Shown piece by piece: positions 35,691-45,672 of a stretch of 64,000 bases of DNA (its first letter is position 1; each line of letters opens with the position of its first letter). A program made the translations under genes and the position numbers. The stretch comes from Candidatus Saccharimonadota bacterium (GTDB lineage Bacteria; Patescibacteriota; Saccharimonadia; Saccharimonadales; Saccharimonadaceae). The notes under the pieces are model-generated. The model was given only the letters and a program-made list of their open reading frames with translations. It was not told the DNA's origin and did not search any database. Where the stretch lies: assembly GCA_016286785.1 (NCBI GenBank), contig JAEEUB010000003.1, positions 2,328 to 66,327 of the forward strand. Reading direction: 5' to 3'.

Positions 35691-37067
35691 TTATTTTTTT
35701 CCTTTACTAGAAACGAGACCTTTAGCCGCAATTTTAATTGCATAACTATAACTATTGTAAGGGTGTGGCGTACTAGCTAATTCTAGCGCAGTAAGACCGT
35801 GGCGTACTGCGAGCGCTAATTCAGAGATTATAGAGCCCGCATCCGGAGCGACTACGGCGGCACCAATAATGCGATTGTTTTTATCGGTAATTAGTTTCAC
35901 AAACCCGTGATGAAAATTCTCGGTATGACTAATTATTAAGCCATCAAAGCCAACCACACATTTTTTATATTTACGATCGCGTTTTAGTAGATCGTATTCA
36001 TTTAATCCAACCACGGCAACTTCTGGGAAAGTCCGAACACACCTTACAAATCCTTGATAATTTAGGGGAGTCTTAGATTTTGTGATTAGTATGTTAGCCA
36101 AAGCCAAACCCTCTTGACGGGCCCGTTCGGTTGAAGATTCCTGGCCTAGGCAATCACCTATCGCATATATGTTTTTCGCTGAAGTTTGGAAACATTTATC
36201 AACTTTGATTCCGGCAGCCTGGTATTTGACTTCGGCATTTTCTAGCCCCAAATCAAGATTGGGTTGGCTCCCAGTAGCTAGAACAACAGTATCTACGCGT
36301 ACCGCCTTCTCGGACTCACCGTCTCTAAAAATGATACGCTTGCTTATCTCATCTTCCTCCAGCGCTACGACACGACAATTTGGTAAAATATTCACCCCAA
36401 GTTTTTGAATGAAATAATCCGAAATTGTAGTTCCAATCTCAACGTCTTCGCGCGGCAGTATATGTTCGGCCATCTCAAAAAGCAAAGTCTTAACACCGAG
36501 CTCGGCAAAGTATTCGGCGATTTCGCATCCAGAAGCTCCGCCGCCAACAACGGCAACAACCTTCGGTAGGCGCCGCAGCTTGATTGCGGTTTCGGGAGTT
36601 AAGTAATCCACACTTTCGGTACCAGCAATCTCTAAAACTTTTAGCTTTGCACCAGTAGCAATTATAAAAGTTTCGGCTGTATACTTTTGGCTATTAACGG
36701 CAACCGTGTGCTTATCAAGAAAATTCGCAAAACCCTTAATGCAAGTGACGTTGGCCTGCTCAAATATCTGTTTGTTATTGCCACCGGCTTCAACTACTAC
36801 TTTAAGCTGCCTGGCAGAAACCGTAGGGAAATTAAAATGAATATCTTGATGACCAAGCTCGGGATAAGAAAGAATCTTATTGTAGGTGTGAGAAAAATCG
36901 AGTGCTACCGCATATGGCAAATCGCGAGTATTAAGATTAGAGCCGCCCCAAAATCGCCCCTCAATCAGCGCCACGCGCTTTTTGGCCTTGGCAAGCTCAA
37001 TCGCAGCAGCCGACCCAGCTGGGCCACTACCAATAACTATATATTGAAAATCGTACTTCTTTCCCAT
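35691..37067 (-). CDS. Class I pyridine nucleotide-disulfide oxidoreductase (LpdA/MerA fold) lacking the CxxxxC redox centre
   Basis: VIGSGPAG FAD motif, VVGGGASGCE NAD motif, TSAKNIYAIGD; GGSNLNTRDLP replaces GGTCLNxGCIP. Confidence 0.88.
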   Translation of the reverse strand: MGKKYDFQYIVIGSGPAGSAAAIELAKAKKRVALIEGRFWGGSNLNTRDLPYAVALDFSHTYNKILSYPELGHQDIHFNFPTVSARQLKVVVEAGGNNKQIFEQANVTCIKGFANFLDKHTVAVNSQKYTAETFIIATGAKLKVLEIAGTESVDYLTPETAIKLRRLPKVVAVVGGGASGCEIAEYFAELGVKTLLFEMAEHILPREDVEIGTTISDYFIQKLGVNILPNCRVVALEEDEISKRIIFRDGESEKAVRVDTVVLATGSQPNLDLGLENAEVKYQAAGIKVDKCFQTSAKNIYAIGDCLGQESSTERARQEGLALANILITKSKTPLNYQGFVRCVRTFPEVAVVGLNEYDLLKRDRKYKKCVVGFDGLIISHTENFHHGFVKLITDKNNRIIGAAVVAPDAGSIISELALAVRHGLTALELASTPHPYNSYSYAIKIAAKGLVSSKGKK

Positions 37068-37069
37068 AT

Positions 37070-37309
37070 TTATATTATTGTATCACGATTTTCATAAACA
37101 TAAGCTAAATCAGCGTTATATTTTTTAAGCTCTTTGTGTACGGCCCGTACTAAATCTTTATCCGTAACGATGGTTTTAGAAGATAATGATTTAGTCGCAT
37201 CATTCACTGCCTTTTCGATGAACGCTTTTGCAGCTCCAGCCGGAATCCCAATCGCTTTTGCATCAATCTTTAAATCCCGGATGACCAATTTGGTGTCTAG
37301 AATACTCAT
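37070..37309 (-). CDS. Small hypothetical protein
   Basis: 79-aa ORF coupled between neighbouring genes. Confidence 0.75.
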   Translation of the reverse strand: MSILDTKLVIRDLKIDAKAIGIPAGAAKAFIEKAVNDATKSLSSKTIVTDKDLVRAVHKELKKYNADLAYVYENRDTII

Positions 37310-38016
37310 GGCAAAAAAACTCCAAATATAATCATTAATATCCCAATCAATAAATAAATTGCACTTATAAATACTCTAATAAATTGCTTATTTTTAACCC
37401 TAGATTTTTGAAGGATAGCCAAATTCCGCCCAGAGTCCATAGTAAGATGTATTGCAATCAAGGGGGCAATTTTAATTAAGATAAAACAGAGGCCGAGCAT
37501 GGCTCTAACAGTAGAATAATCACTAATTTTCATTATTTGAGTCGCCGCAACAATATAAACGGGTATCGTAAAAATGAGCTCTGGCAAGCTAGCGACAAAA
37601 CCAAGCACAAAAGCATCAGAACGCGTTTTTATGATTCTTGTTTTTTGATCAAAATCTTTAGCTAGTCGTCGCGAGATAAAGAGTTTAGTCCCCCTTCCTT
37701 TTTTAAAATAACAAAACGGAAAAATAACGCCTATAGCAATCATGGTGCCAGCAATAATCCAAACAAGTAGATTATCAGTAAAGCTAACCGGCGCAACATA
37801 TAAAGACGATAGCAAGGAATAAATTAGGACAAAAACTAACGCAGTCGAAGTTTCGGCGCCAAGGATAAAAAATAAACTTGCATTTGAAGCATTCTTACGT
37901 GAAAACTTTCCATAAGAATAATGGGAGAAGAGCAAAAATACACCGGGAGTTAATTGTAAAAAGGCCATGATAAGCATAGCCAAAATCAGTATACTTACAG
38001 GGGCAAAGACGCTCAT
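37306..38016 (-). CDS. Integral membrane protein (about 6 TM; Sap/GAP-like by topology)
   Basis: Hydrophobic profile, ASLPEL motif; leaderless TGGTAGAAT. Confidence 0.7.
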   Translation of the reverse strand: MSVFAPVSILILAMLIMAFLQLTPGVFLLFSHYSYGKFSRKNASNASLFFILGAETSTALVFVLIYSLLSSLYVAPVSFTDNLLVWIIAGTMIAIGVIFPFCYFKKGRGTKLFISRRLAKDFDQKTRIIKTRSDAFVLGFVASLPELIFTIPVYIVAATQIMKISDYSTVRAMLGLCFILIKIAPLIAIHLTMDSGRNLAILQKSRVKNKQFIRVFISAIYLLIGILMIIFGVFLP

Positions 38017-38075
38017 GTTTTAATTCTACCACAAAGGGGGTTGTAATTCTAGTTTTAGCATGTTAGTTTCGCTTC

Positions 38076-39452
38076 ATGCAAAAAATGACTGTAGTTATCG
38101 GAATTATATTAGGCGCTTTACTTTGTCTTGGTTACCAGGCCGGAAATGCTAAATCAGCCGATTTTAGTGGTGAGGCTCTGCCTGATTTATATATTAAAGC
38201 CGTGAATCCTGGATACACCGTGGACGGGGTGGGAAATGTTGGGGAGTTCATAGAAATCGCTAAAAAATCCCCAGACTCTGTTTTATTGCTCGCTGGAACC
38301 GCTGTCAGCTATACTAACTCAAGCGGGAATAGTTCAATATTGTTCGAATTTCCCGAGAACAGCAGGATGACTGGCGAGACCCTTCTCCTTCGTTTGGCTA
38401 GCTCTCCAGGTGCAGAGCTAGCCGCCGTAAACTATACTAAAACATTAGCCTTTAAGGCCGGCATCACTCTTTTAAGAAATGATGAAGTTTTGGACCAGGT
38501 TTGCTGGACTGGTAAAGATGGTTGCCTTCCAGAGTTTAAGTCAAGCAGCCCCACTATCCTTGTTAGAAACAGCGTAACTGATGAATTCGAACACGTAAAA
38601 GAATATGAGCCCATATATGATGAAAAAAACTATTACGAGGAAAGAATTGTCGACGACGATCCGGCTATTAAGAGCCAGTGCAAAGGCCTGGAATTTTCCG
38701 AAATTCTAAGTTATTATGAGACATCTCAATCGGAGCAGTTTATTGAATTTCATAATAGTTCGTCGGAACAAATATTGCTAGATGGCTGCAAAATTCGTTA
38801 TAAAAACAAGGCTTATGGTTTGTCGGGGATAGTGCGAGCGGATGAATATGCATCATACACACCAAAGCTTTTTAATCTTACAAAAAATCCAACCACCAGT
38901 AACCTGCTTGAAATAATAGATGCCGATGGGGCGGTAGTGGATACTTTAAGCTATCCGAATGGTCAACGCAAAGGTACTTCATATGCTCTGATAGGATATG
39001 GTGCTAGTGGTGAGGAGCTTTGGCATCTAACTTACGCACCCACCCCAGGCTCACCTAATAATTATCAGGAGTTTAAAACCTGTGAGGTTGGCAAAGTGCT
39101 AAACCGTGAGACTGGCAACTGCGTAAAAGCAACCGAGGTAGCCGAAAAAACGTGTAGCGCAGGCTATTATTTAAACATTCTTACTGGCCGCTGTCGTAAG
39201 ATTGAGGAGAAAACCGAAAAAACCTGCAAAGAAGGCTACTATCTAAACCCAGAAACCAATCGCTGCCGCAAGATTACCGACAATAAAGGAGCGGACTATA
39301 GCCTTAAGCCAGAAGAATACGAAGAAAAATCGTCATTTGTCGCCGTCTATGCTGTGATCGGTCTCTTGGGGTTAGGTCTAATATATTTAATTTATGAATT
39401 TAGGAAAGAGATTGTGAAGCTTTTTCGTAAAGTTTTTCCAAAATCTCATTAA
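38076..39452 (+). CDS. Lamin-tail-domain surface protein with Cys-rich repeats and C-terminal TM
   Basis: Two LTD-like units (GEFIEI; FSEIL...QFIEFHN); three C..GYYLN..T.RC.K-type repeats. Confidence 0.8.
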   Translation: MQKMTVVIGIILGALLCLGYQAGNAKSADFSGEALPDLYIKAVNPGYTVDGVGNVGEFIEIAKKSPDSVLLLAGTAVSYTNSSGNSSILFEFPENSRMTGETLLLRLASSPGAELAAVNYTKTLAFKAGITLLRNDEVLDQVCWTGKDGCLPEFKSSSPTILVRNSVTDEFEHVKEYEPIYDEKNYYEERIVDDDPAIKSQCKGLEFSEILSYYETSQSEQFIEFHNSSSEQILLDGCKIRYKNKAYGLSGIVRADEYASYTPKLFNLTKNPTTSNLLEIIDADGAVVDTLSYPNGQRKGTSYALIGYGASGEELWHLTYAPTPGSPNNYQEFKTCEVGKVLNRETGNCVKATEVAEKTCSAGYYLNILTGRCRKIEEKTEKTCKEGYYLNPETNRCRKITDNKGADYSLKPEEYEEKSSFVAVYAVIGLLGLGLIYLIYEFRKEIVKLFRKVFPKSH

Positions 39453-40023
39453 ATACTGCCTCGCGTGACTGACTGCCATCTATTCTGATTAATAAATCCA
39501 AATCCTGATAATGTTTAAGAACCGGGGTAGTTTTTTCGCGGAATTCATTTAGGCGGTTCTCGAGAATGCTAAGGTCCTTGTCGTCGGCCCTATCTCCGCG
39601 GTCGCCCAGCACTTTAGACTCGTTAAAACGTTGCTTTGCATCAGACTCAGAGATAATTAAGACAATAACGGCTTTGATCTCGTGGTCCGCCCCCTTTGCC
39701 ACCGACATCACCTGATCTTCCTCGCCAGACCAGCGACCAATTGAAGACAACACTAGAGGCCTACCAAACAATTCGCGGCGCTCAAAATAAGGCAATACCC
39801 ATTCGTAGAAAATATTAGTTGGAATAAGGTTGCCACTGCCAGACAAATCCTGATTTGTCTCTTTTTCCATTTCCCGAATAATCACTCCAGAGGATAAGAA
39901 TTCGGCTCCTAGAGCTTCGGCTAATTTTACCCCTTGAGTATCTTTTCCGGACATTGGCAGACCAAAAACATTAATTGAGCCAGAACCAAGCCACTTTTTT
40001 ATCGTATCAATCTTTTCTTCCAT
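39400..40023 (-). CDS. adk: Adenylate/nucleoside monophosphate kinase
   Basis: GLPMSGKDTQG P-loop, GNLIP, RGDRADD, NRLNEF...T.PV. Confidence 0.85.
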   Translation of the reverse strand: MEEKIDTIKKWLGSGSINVFGLPMSGKDTQGVKLAEALGAEFLSSGVIIREMEKETNQDLSGSGNLIPTNIFYEWVLPYFERRELFGRPLVLSSIGRWSGEEDQVMSVAKGADHEIKAVIVLIISESDAKQRFNESKVLGDRGDRADDKDLSILENRLNEFREKTTPVLKHYQDLDLLIRIDGSQSREAVFNEILEKLYEKASQSLS

Positions 40024-40093
40024 GATGTTATTGTAGCATAATAAACGTCGTAAAAAACAAACAGTATATTTGTAAGAGTGGCAACAGTAAAAA

Positions 40094-40120
40094 TTGGCAC
40101 TCTTTACATTTTAGTGCTAA
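40094..40120 (+). promoter_or_regulatory. CIRCE operator (TTGGCACTC-N9-TAGTGCTAA)
   Basis: Two mismatches to TTAGCACTC-N9-GAGTGCTAA, directly upstream of hrcA and its -10. Confidence 0.9.
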
Positions 40121-40137
40121 TTTTGTATAATATTGTT

Positions 40138-40845
40138 ATGGATATAACAGATAGGCAGAAGTCAATTCTTTGTCAAATAATTGAGGAGTATGCCGAAACC
40201 GCCTCCCCTGTTGGAAGCGTAATGCTAGCTAAGCTTTTTGACGTATCTCCGGCAACCATTCGCGCCGAAATGGCAAGGCTCGAAACTCTTGGTTTAATCG
40301 CCCAGCCTCACACTTCGGCGGGTAGAGTTCCTACGGACGCTGGCTATCGTTTTTATGTAAATAATCTCGAGGCCGAAGACGAACAGTTGCCAACTCTTCA
40401 AAAAGGCACTCATGTGCTTGAAGTTCGTGTTTCCGCACAATCGCGAGCGGATGCAGCCATTAGGGGCGCCGTGGATGCGCTGGTGGAATTAACTGGTAAT
40501 CTTGGCCTTGCTACGATTGACGGACAGCTATATCTCGCTGGCATTTCGAGGCTATTTAATCAGCCAGAATTTGTAGACAGCAGCAGAGTGCAGGCCGTAG
40601 CAAAGCTACTAGATAACCTTGAGCCGTGGCTTAGGGAAGCAGCGCCTGGCGAACCTCTAAATATCTTTATTGGACACGAAAATCCAATCGGCAGGAATTC
40701 GGGAGTTTCTTTGGTTGTATCTAAATTCCGCTCCCCGTATTCTGATCGTAGTTATATTGGGGTACTAGGCCCTACGAGACAAAACTATTCTAAGGTTATG
40801 GCGCTGGTGCGTCATGCCGGTAACATGTTGGAGGAAATACTATGA
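40138..40845 (+). CDS. hrcA: Heat-inducible repressor HrcA (short form)
   Basis: PVGS, SPATIRAEM..LE..G.I.QPHTSAGRVPTDAGYRFYV, GVLGPTRQNY; start trimmed to MDITDRQ. Confidence 0.95.
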   Translation: MDITDRQKSILCQIIEEYAETASPVGSVMLAKLFDVSPATIRAEMARLETLGLIAQPHTSAGRVPTDAGYRFYVNNLEAEDEQLPTLQKGTHVLEVRVSAQSRADAAIRGAVDALVELTGNLGLATIDGQLYLAGISRLFNQPEFVDSSRVQAVAKLLDNLEPWLREAAPGEPLNIFIGHENPIGRNSGVSLVVSKFRSPYSDRSYIGVLGPTRQNYSKVMALVRHAGNMLEEIL

Positions 40846-41306
40846 AGCAAAAAACGGATTTAAAAAATAAGCAGCCCGAAAAACCAACCGCAAAGGAAAG
40901 TGAGGAGAAAAAGCTCATAGACGAGCTAACGCTAGATTTGCAACGTACTAGGGCGGATTTCGAAAACTATCGTAAACAAACCGAGATGCAAAAAGAGAAC
41001 GAAAGAAAGTCTACGCGGTTATCCACGGTGTACAAAGTCTTACCACTTCTAGATGATTTAGATCGTGCAATTGCAAGCTACCCAGAGCTTAAAGCCCTCG
41101 AAAAATCCCTGCAAAAAACCTTTGACGAGCTAGGTCTTTCAAAGATTGATTCTTCTGCCGGCTCCGATTTTAATCCAGATTTACACGAAGCCGTCATGGT
41201 AGATGGTGATGGTGAAAAAGAGATAATTTCCGAAACACTGAGAGCCGGATATTATTACGAGGGGAGCGTGCTAAGGCCAGCAATGGTAAAAGTCAGCAAA
41301 GCTTGA
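40842..41306 (+). CDS. grpE: Nucleotide exchange factor GrpE
   Basis: LQRTRADFENYRK, LPLLDDLDRA, FNPDLHEAV, LRPAMVKV. Confidence 0.96.
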   Translation: MKQKTDLKNKQPEKPTAKESEEKKLIDELTLDLQRTRADFENYRKQTEMQKENERKSTRLSTVYKVLPLLDDLDRAIASYPELKALEKSLQKTFDELGLSKIDSSAGSDFNPDLHEAVMVDGDGEKEIISETLRAGYYYEGSVLRPAMVKVSKA

Positions 41307-41357
41307 ATCCTCAAGAGAAAAGTGATAAAATAATACCAAACTTAAAGGGAAAATAAT

Positions 41358-42020
41358 ATGTCTGAATACAAATTAACGCTCGAAAAACGCGAAATAATCG
41401 GGAAAAAAGTAAAAGCCTTAAGGGCTAAGGGAATGGTTCCTTCTGTGGTGTATGGTGGTAAAGAACCACAAATGATGGCATCAGACTACGTAGCTACCGA
41501 AAAAGCAGTAGAAGCTGTAGGCTATCACTCCCCAATAGATCTTGACATGGCCGGCAAAAAGCAAATGGCCATCGTTAAAAACGTGGCTGTTGATCCAGTA
41601 ACTCGCAGAATCGTTAACGTAGAGTTCCAAGCTATTTCTGCAAAAAGCGAGGTAGAGGCCACCACGCCAATCGAAATAATCAATTTTGAATCTTCGGAGG
41701 CTTCAAAAACCTACCACTTTGCTTTAACTCAATCTATTGAGGAAATCGAAATTAAGGCTAAACCAGCTGATTTGCCAGAAAAACTAACCGTTGACGCATC
41801 CGGCCTTAAAGATGTAGAAGACAAAATAATCATTTCTGATATTAAGTTACCCAGTGGCGTTGAACTTGCAGACAAAGAACTAGATGCTGAGCAGGTAGTA
41901 GCTTCACTCTATAACCCAGCAGTGGAAGCCGAGAAACGTGAAGACGAATCGGTTACCGAACAAATCGAAGAGCCAGAGGCTGACGCAGCCGGAGAGGCTA
42001 CTAAAGAAGAAAAAGAGTAA
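41358..42020 (+). CDS. rplY: 50S ribosomal protein L25/CTC
   Basis: GKKVKALRAKGMVPSVVYG, DPVTRRIVNVEF, acidic tail. Confidence 0.93.
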   Translation: MSEYKLTLEKREIIGKKVKALRAKGMVPSVVYGGKEPQMMASDYVATEKAVEAVGYHSPIDLDMAGKKQMAIVKNVAVDPVTRRIVNVEFQAISAKSEVEATTPIEIINFESSEASKTYHFALTQSIEEIEIKAKPADLPEKLTVDASGLKDVEDKIIISDIKLPSGVELADKELDAEQVVASLYNPAVEAEKREDESVTEQIEEPEADAAGEATKEEKE

Positions 42021-42062
42021 TTATCTTTCTCTTGTCACAAAAAACCGTAGTGGTATCTAAAC

Positions 42063-43946
42063 CTATTTCAAACAATTAGCGTTGGCGATAAGCCTGTCAA
42101 GAAAAGCTTGGCGGGCTTTTTCGCAGTTTTGGTTGTCGCCCGCCCAGGCAAATAGCGCAGGATCTTGTAGCGCACGGGCAAAAGAAAACGAGACTGGCCA
42201 GGGAAAAGGTCCATTTTTGATAATCTCGGCAAGGTTGCTTGTGGCTTGCTCTGGTGTTTGGCCACCAGATAGAAAAACAACACCAGCCAAAGTCTCGGGT
42301 ACATGATTTCTCAAGACTTTTGCCGTTGCTAGCCCAACCTCATACGGGGTAGACTGAGCCTCAAATTGCTTACCCGCCATTATCATATTAACTTTTAAAA
42401 TACACGCCTTAAGATTTACGTTATATTCTTTTAGGCTACGGAATAAAATATCAAGTATTTTGCTGGTTACAAAACTAGACTGTTCTAAATCATATAATCC
42501 ATCATATACGACCTCTGGTTCTACGATGGGAACTAGCCCTGCATTCTGGCATTTTTTAGCATACTCGGCTAAAATCTGGCAATTCTTTGAAATTGCCTCG
42601 TCGGAAGGGGTTATTATGTCACCTTTGTCACTTAATCTAATTTCAAATGCAGCTCGCCATTTGGCAAATCTTAGCCCCATATCAAAGTACTCTCTTAACC
42701 TCTTTTCTAGCCCTTGTAGTCCTTTCGTAAAGGTCTCTTCTGAATTCTCTAGTTGAGCCAACCCCTGATCTACTTTAATTCCAGGTATTATCTGCCGCGA
42801 TATTAAAAAGTCGACAAAGTTTACCCCATTATCGGCCTGTTGGCGCGCAGTTTCGTCGAACAAAATCACCCCATTAACATACCTTTCAAGATTGTGGGTC
42901 GTAAAGAAAATGTTTCTATAATCCCGCCGATTATCGTACGTATCATCAATACCTAGCTTTTCAAATTTTTTATGAATACTGCCACCAGATTCGTCGGCCG
43001 CCAAAATCCCCTTCCCACTCATCATCAAATTAGCAGCAATCAGCTCAAGATTATTTTTTGAATCATTTTTTAAAGATAATTTGTTTAACTCTTCCAAAGA
43101 CAAGACCGAGTCTAATCTCGAATTTTCCACGTTTATACGCGCCTTTTTTAAGCTTTCCTCTACCGTTTCGCCAAGAATAAAGCTTCCCATTACGGTTGCG
43201 GCAGCAATTGAAAACATCGACAAATGAGTCATTCTATCAACGTCATTAATGGAAAACGATTCAGAAATCTTTAAATATGAGATACCGCCTTCTGTTAGAT
43301 AAATGGTTTTTTCGGGGACGAGGTCGGCTAAACCTTGACTGCTACTTGGTTCTAGCGTCTCGGCGTCAGTTGGTTTAGTCGCCTGAATTTGTTCCGATCC
43401 ATCGGCATTTCCTTCAAAAAATACCAAATCCGCTCGTGATGCCAAGTTATTTAGGTACTGACTTTTTTGATCTTTAAGATACAAAACTAATTTCGTCTGC
43501 GGATTGGAATCTAGGTAGTCATTAATTGTTTTTAGGGTATACCCGTCAATCTCTGCCGATCGATCAATAAAAAGATAATCATGTACAGATTCTGGAGGAT
43601 TAAAAGTGGTCTTTTTAAAACTAGAAGGCGCAAGATAGCTAACTCCACTATCTGACACCAAAATATACCGATAAACCTCTGCCGGGTCGCTGGTTTTAAA
43701 TTCGTCATCAACAAACGAAATTGAATGATCGGCGATGGTGGCCGAAAGCCCCAGCTTTTTAAAAACTTCAAGCGTAATCGCTGCGCCACCAAAACTGCAG
43801 CCACGGTTAAAAAAGAAATGCTCACTAGCATCAAAGCTAAGATCGAGCCAATCCACGCCAGCCCTGTCAATTTCAAATTTCTCAGTCCTGCCATCAAGAT
43901 TTAGATAAACGTCCTTTAAGACGTTGCCCACTACCAAAATATTCAT
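42063..43946 (-). CDS. Fusion of a degenerate PfkB/ribokinase-like domain and class I fructose-bisphosphate aldolase
   Basis: C-half: GILAADES, GIKVDQG, FAKWR, VPIVEPE, FLSGGQ, FSFARALQ; N-half: VVGNVLKDVY, FGGAA. Confidence 0.88.
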   Translation of the reverse strand: MNILVVGNVLKDVYLNLDGRTEKFEIDRAGVDWLDLSFDASEHFFFNRGCSFGGAAITLEVFKKLGLSATIADHSISFVDDEFKTSDPAEVYRYILVSDSGVSYLAPSSFKKTTFNPPESVHDYLFIDRSAEIDGYTLKTINDYLDSNPQTKLVLYLKDQKSQYLNNLASRADLVFFEGNADGSEQIQATKPTDAETLEPSSSQGLADLVPEKTIYLTEGGISYLKISESFSINDVDRMTHLSMFSIAAATVMGSFILGETVEESLKKARINVENSRLDSVLSLEELNKLSLKNDSKNNLELIAANLMMSGKGILAADESGGSIHKKFEKLGIDDTYDNRRDYRNIFFTTHNLERYVNGVILFDETARQQADNGVNFVDFLISRQIIPGIKVDQGLAQLENSEETFTKGLQGLEKRLREYFDMGLRFAKWRAAFEIRLSDKGDIITPSDEAISKNCQILAEYAKKCQNAGLVPIVEPEVVYDGLYDLEQSSFVTSKILDILFRSLKEYNVNLKACILKVNMIMAGKQFEAQSTPYEVGLATAKVLRNHVPETLAGVVFLSGGQTPEQATSNLAEIIKNGPFPWPVSFSFARALQDPALFAWAGDNQNCEKARQAFLDRLIANANCLK

Positions 43947-44010
43947 GGTTTAATTATACATCAAAAGAATTCTATAGACAAAAAAATAAGAGCAAGCTCT
44001 CATTTTTTAC

Positions 44011-44085
44011 TGGTGCGGGTATGGAGGGTCGAACTCCAATCCTCAGTTTGGAAAACTGATATACTAACCGCTGTACTATACCCGC
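44011..44085 (-). tRNA. tRNA-Gly(TCC)
   Basis: TCAGT-TTTCCAA-ACTGA arm, GCGGGTA acceptor stem, CCA. Confidence 0.95.
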
Positions 44086-44090
44086 ATTTA

Positions 44091-44168
44091 TGGGGTGGGA
44101 TATGGGAATCGAACCCACGACCTTCTGGACCACAATCAGACGCTCTAACCATCTGAGCTAATCCCACC
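44091..44168 (-). tRNA. tRNA-His(GTG)
   Basis: Loop TTGTGGT, G-1:C73, CCA. Confidence 0.95.
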
Positions 44169-44191
44169 GCTTATCATTATAGCACATTACC

Positions 44192-44857
44192 CTATTTTGG
44201 CAATAGAAGGAAGGCCACAGTGCCAGCAGCTGCACCCAGAATAATCGTTATGATAATAGTGATTATTAAACCAATATGAGATTCTTTTTCGGGCTTATTA
44301 ATGATTGTAACCGGCCCCTTTGGCACCTCTTTTGGCGCAGCGACTTCCTTTTTGTAAACATTCTTTGAAAGCGGCCGTTTAGTAACCTTATCAAGATTAA
44401 TAAACGGAGATTTAGGAGTCTTGTATTCGGATGATGCACCAGAACTCTTAACCTTGCTCTTTTTGTTGAATGATTTCTTGTTTTTACTATCGCTCGCTCG
44501 GCCTTTCTTTTCTACTGCTTGAGTTTTTGGTTGTGTTTGAGTAGCGGCTGGTTTTTCACTATTAAGCGGGCGCTTATCGGTATTAGTTTTTATAAACTTA
44601 GACGACAAGTCCTCTATTACCCCTAGCTCAACTCCCTTAGAAGTATGGGATTCAAAACCAACCCCAGCACTCGGGCGAGCAGCCTGGCGAATCGCTGGCT
44701 TTGTGTTAGAAGCCGCCACAACTCGTGATTGGCGAGACGCGACCGCTACGCTAGAGCTGACTTTTCTAGGCGTAGTTCTCGAAACATTTGCGCCACGAGG
44801 CCGAGGGCTCGTGGTAGGTCTTTTTGACGGCACAAAATCTAAATACTGTTTATTCAT
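44192..44857 (-). CDS. Hypothetical basic low-complexity protein with C-terminal TM
   Basis: YLDFVP N-terminus, PFI..KV.KRPLS, TM tail; coupled to tpiA. Confidence 0.75.
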   Translation of the reverse strand: MNKQYLDFVPSKRPTTSPRPRGANVSRTTPRKVSSSVAVASRQSRVVAASNTKPAIRQAARPSAGVGFESHTSKGVELGVIEDLSSKFIKTNTDKRPLNSEKPAATQTQPKTQAVEKKGRASDSKNKKSFNKKSKVKSSGASSEYKTPKSPFINLDKVTKRPLSKNVYKKEVAAPKEVPKGPVTIINKPEKESHIGLIITIIITIILGAAAGTVAFLLLPK

Positions 44858-45624
44858 GCTTGTACTTTCTTAGCTATCTCTATTATATCAACAAATTCAT
44901 GTAAAATCAAACTAGCCCCACCAACCAATAATCCGTTTACGCCAGGAATGGTTAAATATCCACCAGCATTAGACGGGGAAACGCTTCCGCCAAACAAAAC
45001 AGTTATTTTTTTGGCGGCCTCAGCTCCGTATGTTTCGATTAGGGTTTGGCGAATAATATCTATAGCTTCGGCGACTTCGCTAGGTGAAGCCAGTTTTGCT
45101 CCCTTAACGCTAGAAATCGCCCAAACCGGCTCATAGGCTATTATTACTTTGGACAAATCATCGTCCGAAACATCTGCTAATCCACCTAACAGTTGATCTT
45201 TGATAGTGTCGGCAGTTTCTCCAAAAGCCCTTTCTGACTCAATTTCGCCAACGCATAAAATCGGTCTAATTTTATTCCTAATGGCAGCCGCCACCTTCTT
45301 TTGGATGGTCTTATCGTCCTCTTTAAGGATATAGCGCCGCTCCGAGTGGCCGATAATGGCGTAATCTACTAGCCCTCTAAGCTGCGAAAACGAAACTTCC
45401 CCTGTAAAAGCTCCATAGTCGCGGTAAAACCCGTTCTGAGCCGCCAGTTTAATTCGCTTTCGGTCAATTTGCAGGGACAAAGGTTGCAAAGAAAGCGTTG
45501 AGGGCGCCACTACTACCTCAAGATTGCGATAACTAGGTAAAGATTTAACCAATTTGTGAAGATAGATAGAAGATTCGCCAACTGTAAAATTCAGCTTCCA
45601 ATTGCCCACGATATAAGTTTTCAT
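44854..45624 (-). CDS. tpiA: Triosephosphate isomerase
   Basis: GNWKLN, IIGHSERR, IAYEPVWAI, LFGGSV, LVGGASL. Confidence 0.98.
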   Translation of the reverse strand: MKTYIVGNWKLNFTVGESSIYLHKLVKSLPSYRNLEVVVAPSTLSLQPLSLQIDRKRIKLAAQNGFYRDYGAFTGEVSFSQLRGLVDYAIIGHSERRYILKEDDKTIQKKVAAAIRNKIRPILCVGEIESERAFGETADTIKDQLLGGLADVSDDDLSKVIIAYEPVWAISSVKGAKLASPSEVAEAIDIIRQTLIETYGAEAAKKITVLFGGSVSPSNAGGYLTIPGVNGLLVGGASLILHEFVDIIEIAKKVQA

Positions 45625-45672
45625 AAGCTTATTATAACGTAACTGCAGAAAGTCAACAAGTGCCGAATTTGA

